Of a stretch of 64,000 nt of DNA, positions 48,534 through 60,130 are shown piece after piece. The position numbers and the translations under genes were made by a program. The stretch's first letter is position 1. Each line of letters starts with the position of its first letter. A model generated the notes under the pieces. It searched no databases, was not told the origin of the DNA, and worked only from the letters and a program-made list of their open reading frames with translations. The stretch comes from Dicyema japonicum (taxonomy: Eukaryota; Animalia; Dicyemida): contig RDEW01000099.1 in the NCBI GenBank assembly GCA_011109175.1, forward strand, positions 1 to 64,000, in the 5' to 3' direction.

Positions 48534-48835
48534 ATAGACTTGAGTATTTCATCAGTCAAGTTTTTTCAACAGCTAAGGGTTTGAATCCTGGCATTTGAAT
48601 GTTTTCTTATTTCACAAAGTTAAATAAATCCGATGTCTTCTGACTTTAAGAGAAGTGCGATAGGATACATTGACCTTCAAGAGATAGACTTGAGTATTTC
48701 ATCAGTCAAGTTTTTTCAACAGCTAAGGGTTTGAATCCTGGCATTTGAATGTTTTCTTATTTCACAAAGTTAAATAAATCCGATGTCTTCTGACTTTAAG
48801 AGAAGTGCGATAGGATACATTGACCTTCAAGAGAT
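48534..48835. repeat. Exact 150-bp tandem duplication
   Basis: atagacttgagtatttcatcagtc...gaccttcaagagat starts at 48534 and again at 48684. Confidence 0.95.
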
Positions 48836-49099
48836 CAAGGCATTAAGTCTAATAGAGCTAGCCGGCAACTTAACCGTCAGTTTCGTTATGATAACCAAAT
48901 TTATGGTTGCGAAGAAGATGATTGTATCATTCGAATTCAATCAGGAAATCAAAATTATCTTTTCTTTTAAATTTAATCAGGCAAACTTTTTATTTTTGTC
49001 GGTTAATCTGGAAATCATGATCATTAAGTACTTTTTTCTTCAGAGAATTGAATTACTGAATAAGAGCATTCAAAATCTATCTGTTTTTATTGGCTTTTA

Positions 49100-49348
49100 G
49101 CTTAATAAATATATCAATGATCCAAAAGGTCACCAAGGATCTGCGTGAGACTAACAACAACAATTTGATTAAGGAAAGAGTTAAGAGTTATTGAGAAGCA
49201 TTACATCTGAGTCCGATCTGAAANGCTTAATAAATATATCAATGATCCAAAAGGTCACCAAGGATCTGCGTGAGACTAACAACAACAATTTGATTAAGGA
49301 AAGAGTTAAGAATTATTAAGAAGCATTACATCTGAGTCCGATCTGAAA
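49100..49348. repeat. 124-bp duplication either side of a single N (probable scaffolding artefact)
   Basis: gcttaataaatatatcaatg...ccgatctgaaa at 49100 and 49225 with N at 49224; two substitutions differ. Confidence 0.9.
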
Positions 49349-49728
49349 ATTTGGACTCTCCTTCATTTAATTACTCTTTTAGTGTTATGTGCCTACTTAT
49401 TTTATTTTATATTAAAAAATTAAATAATTGTAAAAATGGAATTTATGGCAATTAAAATGAATTATGTCATTAAAATCAAAAAAGTGGCAAAAATTGTATC
49501 TATAACTTCATAAAAGGTAAAACATTTTAAAAAAATCTTTGTATAATTTTACTCATTAATAACAAAATTAATCTTTTCATTAAAATGGCATTTTATGGCA
49601 AAATATCATGACATTTATAATTACATAATTAAATTAAAATAACCAATTTTATTTAATTAATTTTGATTTTATTGAATAAATAAAATAAATAAATTACATA
49701 AATAATATACAACGAATTTTGTCGAGCA

Positions 49729-50212
49729 ATGATACCTGGTGATTCGTTAGAGTATCAAAAGAATAATTATAAAAGTAATTAAGTAATTTTAATTAATAGA
49801 AGTTCAACAGGATAACAAGGTAACAAAAATAATGAAATTAGAAGCCTCAAAATGTCCTAAAACCTACGATTCCAAAAGAATTCAAGTTTTCGGCTAGCAG
49901 GACAAAAAAATGTGAAATTAAGAGCACCCAGCAGTTGGAAGAGGATGAGCTAAGGTATTGATTAAAGAAACGCTAAGGAAAACATTCAAAGCGAATCCTC
50001 TCAATAGAAAGATCCTTACTACTCGATATATACCCCCCAAACCTGAATACAAACCCACTAAGCCAGTTGTTTCTGCACTAAAGGACAATACCAATCAAAA
50101 AGTATTTAAGGCTCGGCCTGTTCCTAAATCTTTATATAAGGCTCAAGAACTTCCAAACATAACTCATCCGAAATCTAATCCTCCCAAATCCCCAAACGTT
50201 GTGAAAAAATAG
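49729..50212 (+). CDS. TPX2: Miniature TPX2-like microtubule-associated protein, 137 aa
   Basis: Introns 49775-49799 (25), 49820-49841 (22) and 49955-49977 (23) give a 414-nt CDS: LKPTIPKEFKFSASR..KSTQQLEEDELR|KTFKANPLNRKIL...FKARPVP (TPX2 T.P.EF.F, KST.ELE.EEL and FKARP motifs). Confidence 0.75.
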
Positions 50213-51690
50213 ATCTAAAAATTACATTTTGTTTTCCATTATTTTTCTGTTATTTTGAATGTTTATTTGAATCATTTTGTTGTGGTATGTTTTGGGGATT
50301 TTTCCTGGCCAGGAACCGGATCGTTTATAAAAGACTTACACTAAACAAAAAGAAACAAAATATGTTTGAGACCATTATCTGGTTCTCCCTTTTCTATTAG
50401 TTATCATAACATTTTTTAATAAAATTGAATAATTTATTACGTAATCCAGCTGAGGTAATTGATTGCACAATATTGTCAAAATTAAACTTTAAAATGTTTT
50501 TATAATGTCGAGTAACTGAGACCTTTTGACAGACCGTTCCTGAAAAACGAAAGTCCACTTCGTATTAATTAAGTAATGAATTTTTGCATATTTTTTTATT
50601 AATAAAATTACTTAATTAAATTAATTTATTATTAAATACATTTTTGTCTGCATCAATCTTTGTGGGTTTTTGAAATTTTGTAGTTATTTTCTTTGTATTA
50701 ATTATAGTCACAAAACTACCAGTATTAATAATATTAGGTTAAATGCTCGGTTGGTTCGTCAGTGAGCTCCACCTCAAGCTTCACACTAATCAAAAGGCTC
50801 TGAGGTACAGAAATGTGATAGACTATGAAAAAACCATATTTTACTTGAAAACCCGAATCGCTCATGTTATGGATTGTCTTCTCGTTTTTTTTGGTTAGAA
50901 ATATTGCGGACGTTATTTTCGTTTAGCTGCATTCTACTACTAAATTATAATTTTCATAATTTTGTGGCTTTTGCTTCCGAGTACTAATACACTTGCATTT
51001 GGGACCCATCGAACTTGGCAAGGTGATAGCAAGAGGCTGAATGGAATAACGACAATTGCATAAAGGAAGTTCTTTTAAAAAGCGAATCTACTCAAGTCAT
51101 CACTTTAGAGGTTTCTCAGCGAGTATTACTGAAGATTCGAAAAGGAGGAAATACTGTGGTATAGGGGATCAGTTCACCTTCAGTCGATTTCCGTTGAGAC
51201 ATCTGGCAATCAAAGATATCAATTTGATCAGGCGGTAGGACTTTAGAAGGGCAAACCCAGAATGACAAGACGGCTCTTCAAGACTAATTATTCGAATTTC
51301 CATCCGATGAATAATTGCAGTGTTTCATTAAGTATAATTTTTAAAAGAAGACATTACTATAGCATCTGAGACCCTGTCGCTTACAATTGAAATCAGAGAT
51401 ACGTAAGGATCGTTAATCAATTTGAAAGTGAGATAAAAGTTTATGAAAATGTCACTCATATTTTCATCAGGAAAGCTGATTTAATTTATAATGCAGCGAT
51501 TCGAGATATCTTCCAATATATGTCAAAATTGACCAAATCGTCAAATACCTTAAAGACGAGTCTTTGAATTCTGACTCAAGTCTTATGGTTAAAATCAATT
51601 GAGCAAATCGAAAGTGATACGAGTTTGAAAATGGGGGCTGTATTGCTAATCTTTTGCAATAAATGGGAAATCAATGAAGAAATATGAATA

Positions 51691-52500
51691 CAATCGACCT
51701 CCGAAAATTGGCCACATTTTGAAATTTTTTCTATTTAAAAGTCATGTTCTCTTTATTATTGGCTAATTTTTAATTTAAGGCTACTTTGGTCAACGCTTTT
51801 TGCCCATTCACAATTGTCGGAAGCGCGGTAGACACACTATAATCCGCGGAAAAAAACAATGAGGACAAAAGAGAAAAATTACTAAACGCTACTCGATCGA
51901 TTCACGTTCTACCCCATCGTTGTTCAGACAACATGGACAACAAGGAGGTAATCTCTTCGTTTTCTAAATAAACTTTGACGCCTAACTACACTAAAAAGCC
52001 ATGTCTCACGTAAGAATCGGCAGTTTTTAGAGTTGTTCAACGTCGATTATGTCGACGGAGATCATTTCTGATTGATTTTTTGTTTTAATAAATAATTGAT
52101 TATCCAAAAAAATTTTTTAATACAAAATTGAAAAAATAAATTTTTATTAACACATCTCTTGCAATATACTTGTAGATGCTATAACTCGCATTACTTTATT
52201 ATATATAACTCAAAGTGTAAATTATATAGAAAATGATGCTATTCGTGCTATCAGTTAGCTGATTGATTCTCACTTTTTCGAAAGAGGATATCGAAAAAAA
52301 TAATAAATAATTTTTTAATGAATAAAGACAGCTTTTTGAAAGATTATAAAACCGTTTTTTAAAGCTGCACATATCCCAATGATACCAAAGTTTAATTTTG
52401 ATATTCACCTCAAGAGTGAAAAACTAATTTTGATTGACAACTGCCCTGCACATTGTGTGCCGCAAAACTTGGTATAAAAAATATTGTTTTTCTAAAAATA
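51691..52500 (+). mobile_element. Decayed Tigger-like element carrying a CRE 3' fragment
   Basis: TA+caatcgacctccgaaaattggccacattttg terminus (cf. 17659); CRE piece at 51890-52070 is homologous to 17870-18070; LILIDNCPAH (DDE_1 motif) at ~52425. Confidence 0.6.
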
Positions 52501-53479
52501 AACAATAAGATCGAGAAGACGTAAGATATTGTACATACTTTTAGAATTAATATTGCTCACTCTTAGTGAGTATTCTAAAGTAAATTTAGCTAATATAGAA
52601 ATGTTGAGGTTGTTTTGACACAACGTATTTCTTGTCAAACCAACAAACTTTGGGATTTATTATCAAATATCAATGATCTTATTAACTTCTAAAATCTTTC
52701 TGAAAGTAATTAGTACACTTAGACTTCATTATATGATAATTATGACACACTGGAGGATACATTTGTATCACTGACCTCTGAGAGCATTAAAAATCTTGCG
52801 AATCGTTATGAATGAAAGAATGATGAAATTAAGGGTTTAGCCATTTTAATGTTTTTAGGTCGTATTTCAACCATAAATCCATAGGCCATCAATATCATGC
52901 CATGTGGAAGACTTTATTGATGTCTACAATCGATCAGATAGATTCCGTTTATTTCCAACGAAATAATACGGATTAATTAATTAACAAACAACGTTTCAAT
53001 CACAGGTGGGACAAACAAAAAATCCTCGGATAGTATCAAAATATTGATACTACTTAGTTTTTATTTTGATGTTTTTGTTTGAATTAACTATTTATGATAA
53101 ATCCTCGATATTCATGCAATCTTCATAACAATTAGACCCACAAAGGAGGAAGACCACTGAAAGTCATGCTCCACGGATTGTGAAGATTTCCAGGATATAA
53201 TTTTGACAATATTGTACAAACAAATACCTCAGCTGGATAACGTAAATAAATTTTCAATTTATTAAAAAAAATGTTATGATAACTAATCTTAAAGGGAGAA
53301 CAACTTATTCTTTGTGTATATGTCCTTTATAGACGATCCCAACAATCTGGTTCTTAAAACAAATGGTAGAAGCCTCCAATGTTATTAGAAGGATCATCAG
53401 TTGCCTTCCTTTACCACTAAGTTACTTTGGCCAGGAAAAATTCCCAAAAATACCACAACAGATTAATTCGGATAAACAT

Positions 53480-53900
53480 TCAAAAATTAAAATTTAAAAA
53501 TAATAAATAAAATATAATTATTAGATCCGCTTTTAGCGAATTTTGACGTTTCGAGGATATATAACTGGCAGTTCGTGAGGGTTATATAAAGATCAGGGAA
53601 CAGATTCCAGTGTCCTTCACTGCCAGATTTCTATTCGTATTGAAAGACTTAGTGGGCTTGTACTTAGGTTTGGGGGGGGTATATATCGAGTAGCAAGGAT
53701 CTTTTTATTAAAAGGATTCGCCTTGAATTTTTCCCTTAGTGTTTCTTTAATCGATACTTTAGCTCATCCTCTTCCAACTATTGGGTATTTTTGATTTCAT
53801 ATCTTTCCTGCTAACTGAAAACTTAAACTTTTGAGGAATCGTTGGCTTCAGTCTACGTGTTTGAACTAAGGTTTATATAAATGATACTGAATACTCTTTG
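53480..53900 (-). pseudogene. TPX2: TPX2-like pseudogene (inverted paralog of 49729-50212)
   Basis: Colinear nucleotide similarity; retains the 23-nt intron gtatcgattaaagaaacactaag; in-frame TAG (CAA TAG TTG GAA GAG) and frameshifts. Confidence 0.75.
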
Positions 53901-54999
53901 AGATACTGAGTGAGGTCATCTTCACTGATAGAAACCTTTGTTAGTCTAACTGTGATCATTTAAATACACATAATAATACATTTCAAGACAGTTTACAGGT
54001 TAAATCGTTGTTAGAAATAACTTGATTGACAGAACATCAAGATTCCAAACCTTTTTTATAAAAACTTTAGCTCTCATGATACCTGGAATGATACAATTTA
54101 TCCACATCCTGTCACAGGGAGACGAAAATAGCAGAAAACGGATCATTGCAAGTTTAAATTTTGAATTAATTGGCATAAAAGTTAAATTTCGACCAAATTT
54201 GACAGTAGGGGGGTCAATGATATATCTCAGTTGCCTCAGGGTGCACTGCCACTAGTGAAAATGGTAGTAAAGAAAAACTCAGTCTAATTAATGTTATTTT
54301 AAATTTAAGGGGATCAAAGTTACTTTAAGGTGAAGTCTGCTTCTAATTTTTTTTCACTTTGAAATGCGTCAACAACAAAATGACAGAGACGTAATCACAA
54401 TTCTTATAATCATAGTTTTCTTATGACAAAGGAAACTGTATGACATTTCAGCCTTCTTATTCCTGTCCAACATACAATCATGAGCTAATCATAATGCAAC
54501 AAACTAACCTGTACCAATAAAACCCGAAATTGTGTCATTTCTGAGAAACTGCAATCTAGATCCAACATTTCTAACGTAATGTTGATTTCTTCAACTCTTT
54601 AAGGTATTATATCTGTAGTATTCAACAGATTTTGCCAAATTTCAACTCCGTAGTTGATTTGATTTTTGGATTCAAAATAATTCGCACATTTACTGCTATA
54701 ATAGGCTGCAATAGAAAAATCAGTTATTTTAATCGACTTATCCACGTTGTGGAAAATAAAACTAAAATCATAAATATTTCCGGTCATAGTCGTTTTATAC
54801 CAATGAGACTCATCATAAATGTCGAAACTTGGATTGGTGAATGTAAACTCAGGCTTTTATAAGCTATAATATTATTTTGAATAATGATTCTTATTGTACC
54901 TATCCACATTAGAATTCCACTTTTTATCAGATTGGGTTAATTCACTATATTGGCTCGAGATTTGAAGCGATGTCGCTATTCGTTTTGTTTCTGCATTGG

Positions 55000-56400
55000 A
55001 CGGAGACAATCTTGTGCGAATGGAAGAAAATTTCCTCCGAAATGTTTCAAACACCACCTCTATGGGCGTCCACTTCTTATAATGAGAAGAGGAGATGTCT
55101 ACGATGTGCGAGGGAGCATGAACTAACTGAATGTAGCGAGATATCTGGGACCAGAATGAATTGCATCAATTGTGGCTCGACCGCACATTGTACAAGATGC
55201 GGTGGATGTTCAGTCGCTAAAAAGCTGAACAAACTCAGTTGAGGAGATCCATGAAAAACGATAAACATGAGATATTGGAAAGGCATGGACAGCAAAGACA
55301 GTTACAGTTAAGCTGGTTTCCAAAATAACTTGAAGGTCTGATGATAAATTTATACTGAAATTTTGGAGATAATCTCAAGAGCTCGATTGCGTAAGTGGAT
55401 TTAACAAAAATGGTGACCTAGGGTCTGAAGAAGCAAGGTTTCCCAAATGCTTGAGAATAGTGATAGTGAAAGTCCGCTACTTAAGAAAGAGGTATAATGA
55501 ACTATTTTTGTAGCGGCCTCTAACGTCGATATTTTGGTGATCAACGAAACAAAGTTAAGGAAGGAGGAAAGTAAACTACTGAGTTGATACAAGTCTGTTG
55601 ATATTCTATGGAAAGATGGAGTAGTTGGTGGTACGGGGATGTCTATTTTCTATCGGTATTTCCCAATCTAGTATCGTTTTAATATATTTTGTGAATTCGG
55701 ATGCGTCGATGTCTGTTGTGGGGATGCGGATTCTAAAAAGCTAGAGACATGTTAAATAGAGATTTCTAAGTTCGACAACAAAAATTGATGTTACCAGTTA
55801 TGAAAGTAATAAACGAACCGGGGTGGAGTGCGTCATAGTTCCTGTCTGAAACTGTTGAATTTAAAGTTCTAACATTTGAAGAACCGAATCATTTTTGTTA
55901 TGACAGGGGCAAAAAACTTTGATTTGTTCTTGTCCCGTCTCCACTTTTCGGTTATAGTACATTAGAGCATAAAGGATATTTAAAGTTACCGTATCCCTCG
56001 GGAACTTTGTATAAGTTTGAAACTACGGATATTGTTAAAAATGTTTTCTTTCAGATGTGTATAGATTGGAACTATTTTTGACTCTTCCTGATTCCAGACG
56101 ATGTATCTACGTGTATATATTAAAAGGATATTTTCAAAGAAGATTAATGAAAATTTCGCGACAAACAGTTATTAATTTGATTCGTGAGAGGAACTGAATA
56201 ACGAGAAGTAGAGATGTAGTATAGACAGAATAGGGAAGATATCTCCGGAAGGATTCTCTAGTCATAACGGGTATTAATAAAATAAGGAAAGATATTTAGG
56301 AAAAGAAATTAAAGAAAGAAACCTACAAACATGTTTAGCTTATTCAACTCATAAGGGAGAAATCTATATTGAAAAAGGTCCCCGAACTAGGGAAACCGAA
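55000..56400 (+). mobile_element. I/Jockey-like non-LTR retrotransposon 5' portion (ORF1 zinc knuckles + APE endonuclease)
   Basis: RCLRCAREH...C..CINCGSTAH....C; DILVINETKL...D.VVGGTG.SI. Confidence 0.75.
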
Positions 56401-56499
56401 AAAAAACTTACTGAGCAATAGGCTTGTGTATTCTAAGCATTGAGGAGTACTTCAATACTTTCTAAAACAAAGCTGAGTGAAATACCAGCAAAGCCTTAA

Positions 56500-57165
56500 G
56501 TAGATAGCCAGTATTGTGTACACGTGGGGTCACGTAGAACAGACAAGCGTTAATCCATATGCCATAAAGTTATAAAAAGTGATATCCGAAGAAAATCAGT
56601 CTAGTAATGACCCCTTCTGCATATCACAGAAACCAAGCTCTTACAAACTTCAGAATTACTAAGCTATGAGAAAGTACTAAAATCGTTGACTCGTTAGCTA
56701 TTATTGTGCACACGTGGCATCATGTCGAGTCGAGCTATGGACCATCAACCATTACCCTACAAAATATTATGAGGGGAAGGCTAGTCTAGTCATACCTCTA
56801 ATTCACATCTCCCAAAAGAATCAATCTTTGAGAAATTCCAGAAAATTGTTATGCCGACTGCCAGTATAGGGCACATGAAGTGTCACGTGGTCAAGTTGAG
56901 CTTTGGGTAATCAGCCATTACTACAAACTATTAGTGGAAGAGGCCAGTCTAGTCATGACCCTTTCTTCATATCTCCCAAAACCAAACTCTGAGATAGTCA
57001 AAAACAAAGCTCTAGAATTTCGAAAAAAAAGTTATGCCGTTTGCCAGTATGGGGGCACACTTTGTGTCACGTGGTAGAGTCGAGCTTTGGGTCATCACCC
57101 ATTACCTTACAAACTATTAAGCAGGGACGCTAATCCAGTCATTCATCTTTTTCACATCTCCACGA
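56500..57165 (+). repeat. Tandem array 2 of the same repeat family (170-190 bp units, 4 units)
   Basis: gtgtcacgtggt.gagtcgagctttggg.catcacccattaccttacaaactattaagcagg nearly matches 45700-45765. Confidence 0.9.
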
Positions 57166-57972
57166 TTTAGATATAAACAAGTTGAACGAAGAAATATACT
57201 ATTTCTGTCATAAAAAGGAATAAAATAGCCATCTGGAAGAAGAGAACAAAGGATTTTCTCTAGGACCTTCAGAATGACTAATCGTGAATAATTAGAGAAT
57301 GATTTCTCATGTGAATGATGAAATAATCTACAAAGTTATAATTGTTCTAGAATATTCTAGAAGTCAAAGTTGAATCTGCCAGGACCTTTTTTGCCTGTTT
57401 GTCGAAGAGTCAGAATCATGTATTTAGGAGTCCATTTTGAACTTCCGTTTGATTCGATTTAGCAAATTAGCGAACTAAAGGAGTTGATTAATAAGAATAA
57501 GATCATTTCTGACGCTGTTGAAATTTTTAAACAAGTCAGATCTGGGATTTTGTGATCTCATTTAACGACAGTATTCCTGATGATACTATCAAATTTGAAC
57601 TGGTCTACAACAATGAGATCTCTTTTTTAGATATCCAAATTTTGGAGAGATTGATGTATAAGTGATTTTTGTGTGTAGAAACTGCTGGAGGACCGGCTTG
57701 AGGATGCCTGGAATATCCTTGATGGCCTTCTACACAAATATAAATATCTGAAAATCTGAAATTAATACGTGAGCGTCATAACTCGATCATTCGTGCCATT
57801 AATGAATCTTCTAGGGTTGATGCGATTTATATTTGAGAAATGGGAAGATGAGTTAAAACAGAAGTTATCTGATCAACAAAGTTAATTAATAAGTTTAATT
57901 ATTCGTATTAATAAAATAGTTTTTTGCTTTCTAATTTAAATTAAAAAAATAGTTTTTTTCTAATAAATATAT

Positions 57973-58107
57973 AGCGGCTGCCCTGACTCGTAGCTCTTCT
58001 CAGGATGGCGAGCAAGATTCGCTCAAATAGCCAGGATCTCCTGTTTGTGTAGGGATCCGATTCCCTTGACGATTCAAGAATTCCAGCGTCGCAGGTGGTA
58101 AAGTCTT
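57973..58107 (-). mobile_element. CRE-like 3' end
   Basis: Reverse complement ggctatttgagcgaatcttgctcgccatcctgagaag (WLFERI.LAILR) is homologous to 40965 and 43558. Confidence 0.7.
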
Positions 58108-58554
58108 AACTTTTTATTAAGGAAAGAAAAGGGAGTAAACGGTTTTAGAAATCAAAAAGAATTTTAAATCGATTTAATAAACTAAGTTATTGTCGTATAG
58201 TATGAGATTAATTAGATTTTAATATTTCAATTTTAAATTAGACCCGATTTTTTGGATTACCCACCTGTCTTGACCATCTCTTCGGAATTAAACTTTAACA
58301 TTTGGCGCGTGACCTGACCACGTGACCAAATTTTCGTAGTGTAGACACGTATTAAAAAAATAAATAAGTAATTAACAGTATAATTAAATAGTAAAATTAA
58401 AGCTTATATTTGTTCTTTTAACTGTATTTCTAACTTAGTTGGAGATATCTAATTTTGGAAAAAATTAGCCGCGTGGCGCCATGTGGTGCTGCGTTGTTAA
58501 TTGATTGAAGTTTCTGCTTGCTTGTCTGTTCATCCTCTCTCTTCCTATTAGAGT

Positions 58555-58745
58555 GGCGTCATGTGATCCACCTGTCTAGGTTACGCCCAGTGCCAGGCCG
58601 GCACGAAAAAGGATCATTTGCTCTTCCCCACTCCACTGGAGGGTTTCCACAACTGCATGTAATGGACGTCTTACCTTTTATGCTGATTCCGGGTGGACTC
58701 TGTTTCTGTAGAAGTGGAAACTGGATACACTTAATTAGTTGTTTA
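58555..58745 (+). repeat. Short interspersed repeat (SINE-like), most complete copy
   Basis: Shares its body with 15036-15250 and 10652-10700(-), and its 5' part weakly with 712-745; ends in an AT-rich tail. Confidence 0.7.
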
Positions 58746-58859
58746 ACTTCTTTCTCGGTGTATCCGGGGTTAATAAATTAAATTAATTAATATCTAATTT
58801 TAGTTAGAAATAAGGCATTTGTACGGACAACGTGATGAAAACTAAGGTCCTTGATATTA

Positions 58860-59420
58860 CAGTAAAGCGAAGTCAATATCCGGTATTGTCTTCACGTGGT
58901 GTCACCTGGACCAGACAACCGTCAAGCCATACGCAATCACCTTCTAAAAGTGTTATCCGGATAGTCCAGTAGAGCCATGAACCATACTTCACTATTTGTC
59001 GATTCTATGGTCCGGGAGAGTCAAGTAAAGTGCAAGTCAATAGCCATTATTTTTCTACACGTAGTGTCATCTAAACCAGACAACCGTCGAGCCATAAGCA
59101 ATCACCTTCTAAAAGTGTTTTCCAGTGAATTTTATTTAAGCATTGAGCCAAACGTTGCTACTTCCAGAAACTAAGATTCTGGAGAGTTTTGTTAAGCGTT
59201 GAGTTAATAGCGATTATTGTCACCTGGACAGAAATGCGTTGAGCATATGCAATTACCTTTCTAAAATGTTATCCAAGGAAGTCAATTCAAGCCTAGTGCC
59301 ATACTTCTCCACTCCACAAATTTATGATCCGGAAGATTAGATTAAAGCGTTGAGTCAATAGCCAGTAATTTCCACACGTAATGTCACCTGGACCTGACAA
59401 GTGTTGAAAACATAAGCAAT
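58860..59420 (+). repeat. Tandem array 3, diverged member of the same family (~165 bp units)
   Basis: tagccagtaatttccacacgtaatgtcacctggacctgacaagtgtt (59360) ~ tagccagtattgtgtacacgtggggtcacgtagaacagacaagcgtt (56504); accagacaaccgtc.agccata.gcaatcaccttctaaaagtgtt repeats at a 165-bp spacing. Confidence 0.75.
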
Positions 59421-59689
59421 TTCCTTGGAAAATTAAAATTGTAATAATTTCTCGCATATTTTGATCTAATCCGATTATGGTCAGCCTGAGGTATAAAAAT
59501 TTTTTTTAAGTTAATACAATTAATTCTTAACCCATCTGGTTATAAAAATTGATTACTTATCCGACATCTTCAAAAAATGGGGACGTGAGGTTACTTCCAT
59601 ATTGAGGAGATGAAGATATTGGGTAAACTAGAACCGAGCTACGTCATGAGTTTATATATCCGACCAATTAACCACCAACTGAATAAGCG

Positions 59690-60130
59690 CTTGTTTTCAG
59701 TCTAAAAATGGTAGTTTATTAAAGTCCTTACAGTTATTGTAAGCTATTTTTTCAAACATGCATGCACAAAGCACATCTTTGATATCACAATTTGCTCTTT
59801 CTACTGATCCCTGACTTTGGGGGTAAAGAGGTCTTCCAAATATTAAAATAAAAATCGTAAAAAATACCATGATCAATGGTAATTCAATTCCACAATTCAG
59901 AAAGTGTAGTTATTATTTCAGCTGTAAACTCCATACCATTATCACTTTGCAATATTTGCTGTAATCCGAACATTACAAAATATTGAGAAGTTGAGAAGCA
60001 ACTTTTGTTTTAAAGCGAATGATACAAAAATTATTCATATGATCTTTATAGGCTAAATCCAATTGGCCGTATGATAAAGATCTCATGTCTATCAGATCAA
60101 TCTGCGCACAGGATTAAAATTCTTTTGATA
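59690..60130 (-). mobile_element. KRBA2/SCAND3-type (Ginger-like) rve integrase remnant
   Basis: QIDLIDM...DH...ILQSDNG.EFTA.II...PQSQGSVERANCDIK. Confidence 0.8.

Noticed and set aside
48538-48565. Hammerhead ribozyme (CUGAUGA on the minus strand)
   Set aside because: No stem II/GAAA/stem III arrangement around the core.
54599-54787. Protein kinase (IKITDFSIA)
   Set aside because: No HRD, glycine loop or APE motifs; the context resembles the surface-protein family instead.
58467-58500. tRNA-derived SINE head (A-box-like tggcgccatgtgg)
   Set aside because: No B box at a suitable distance and not seen in the other copies.
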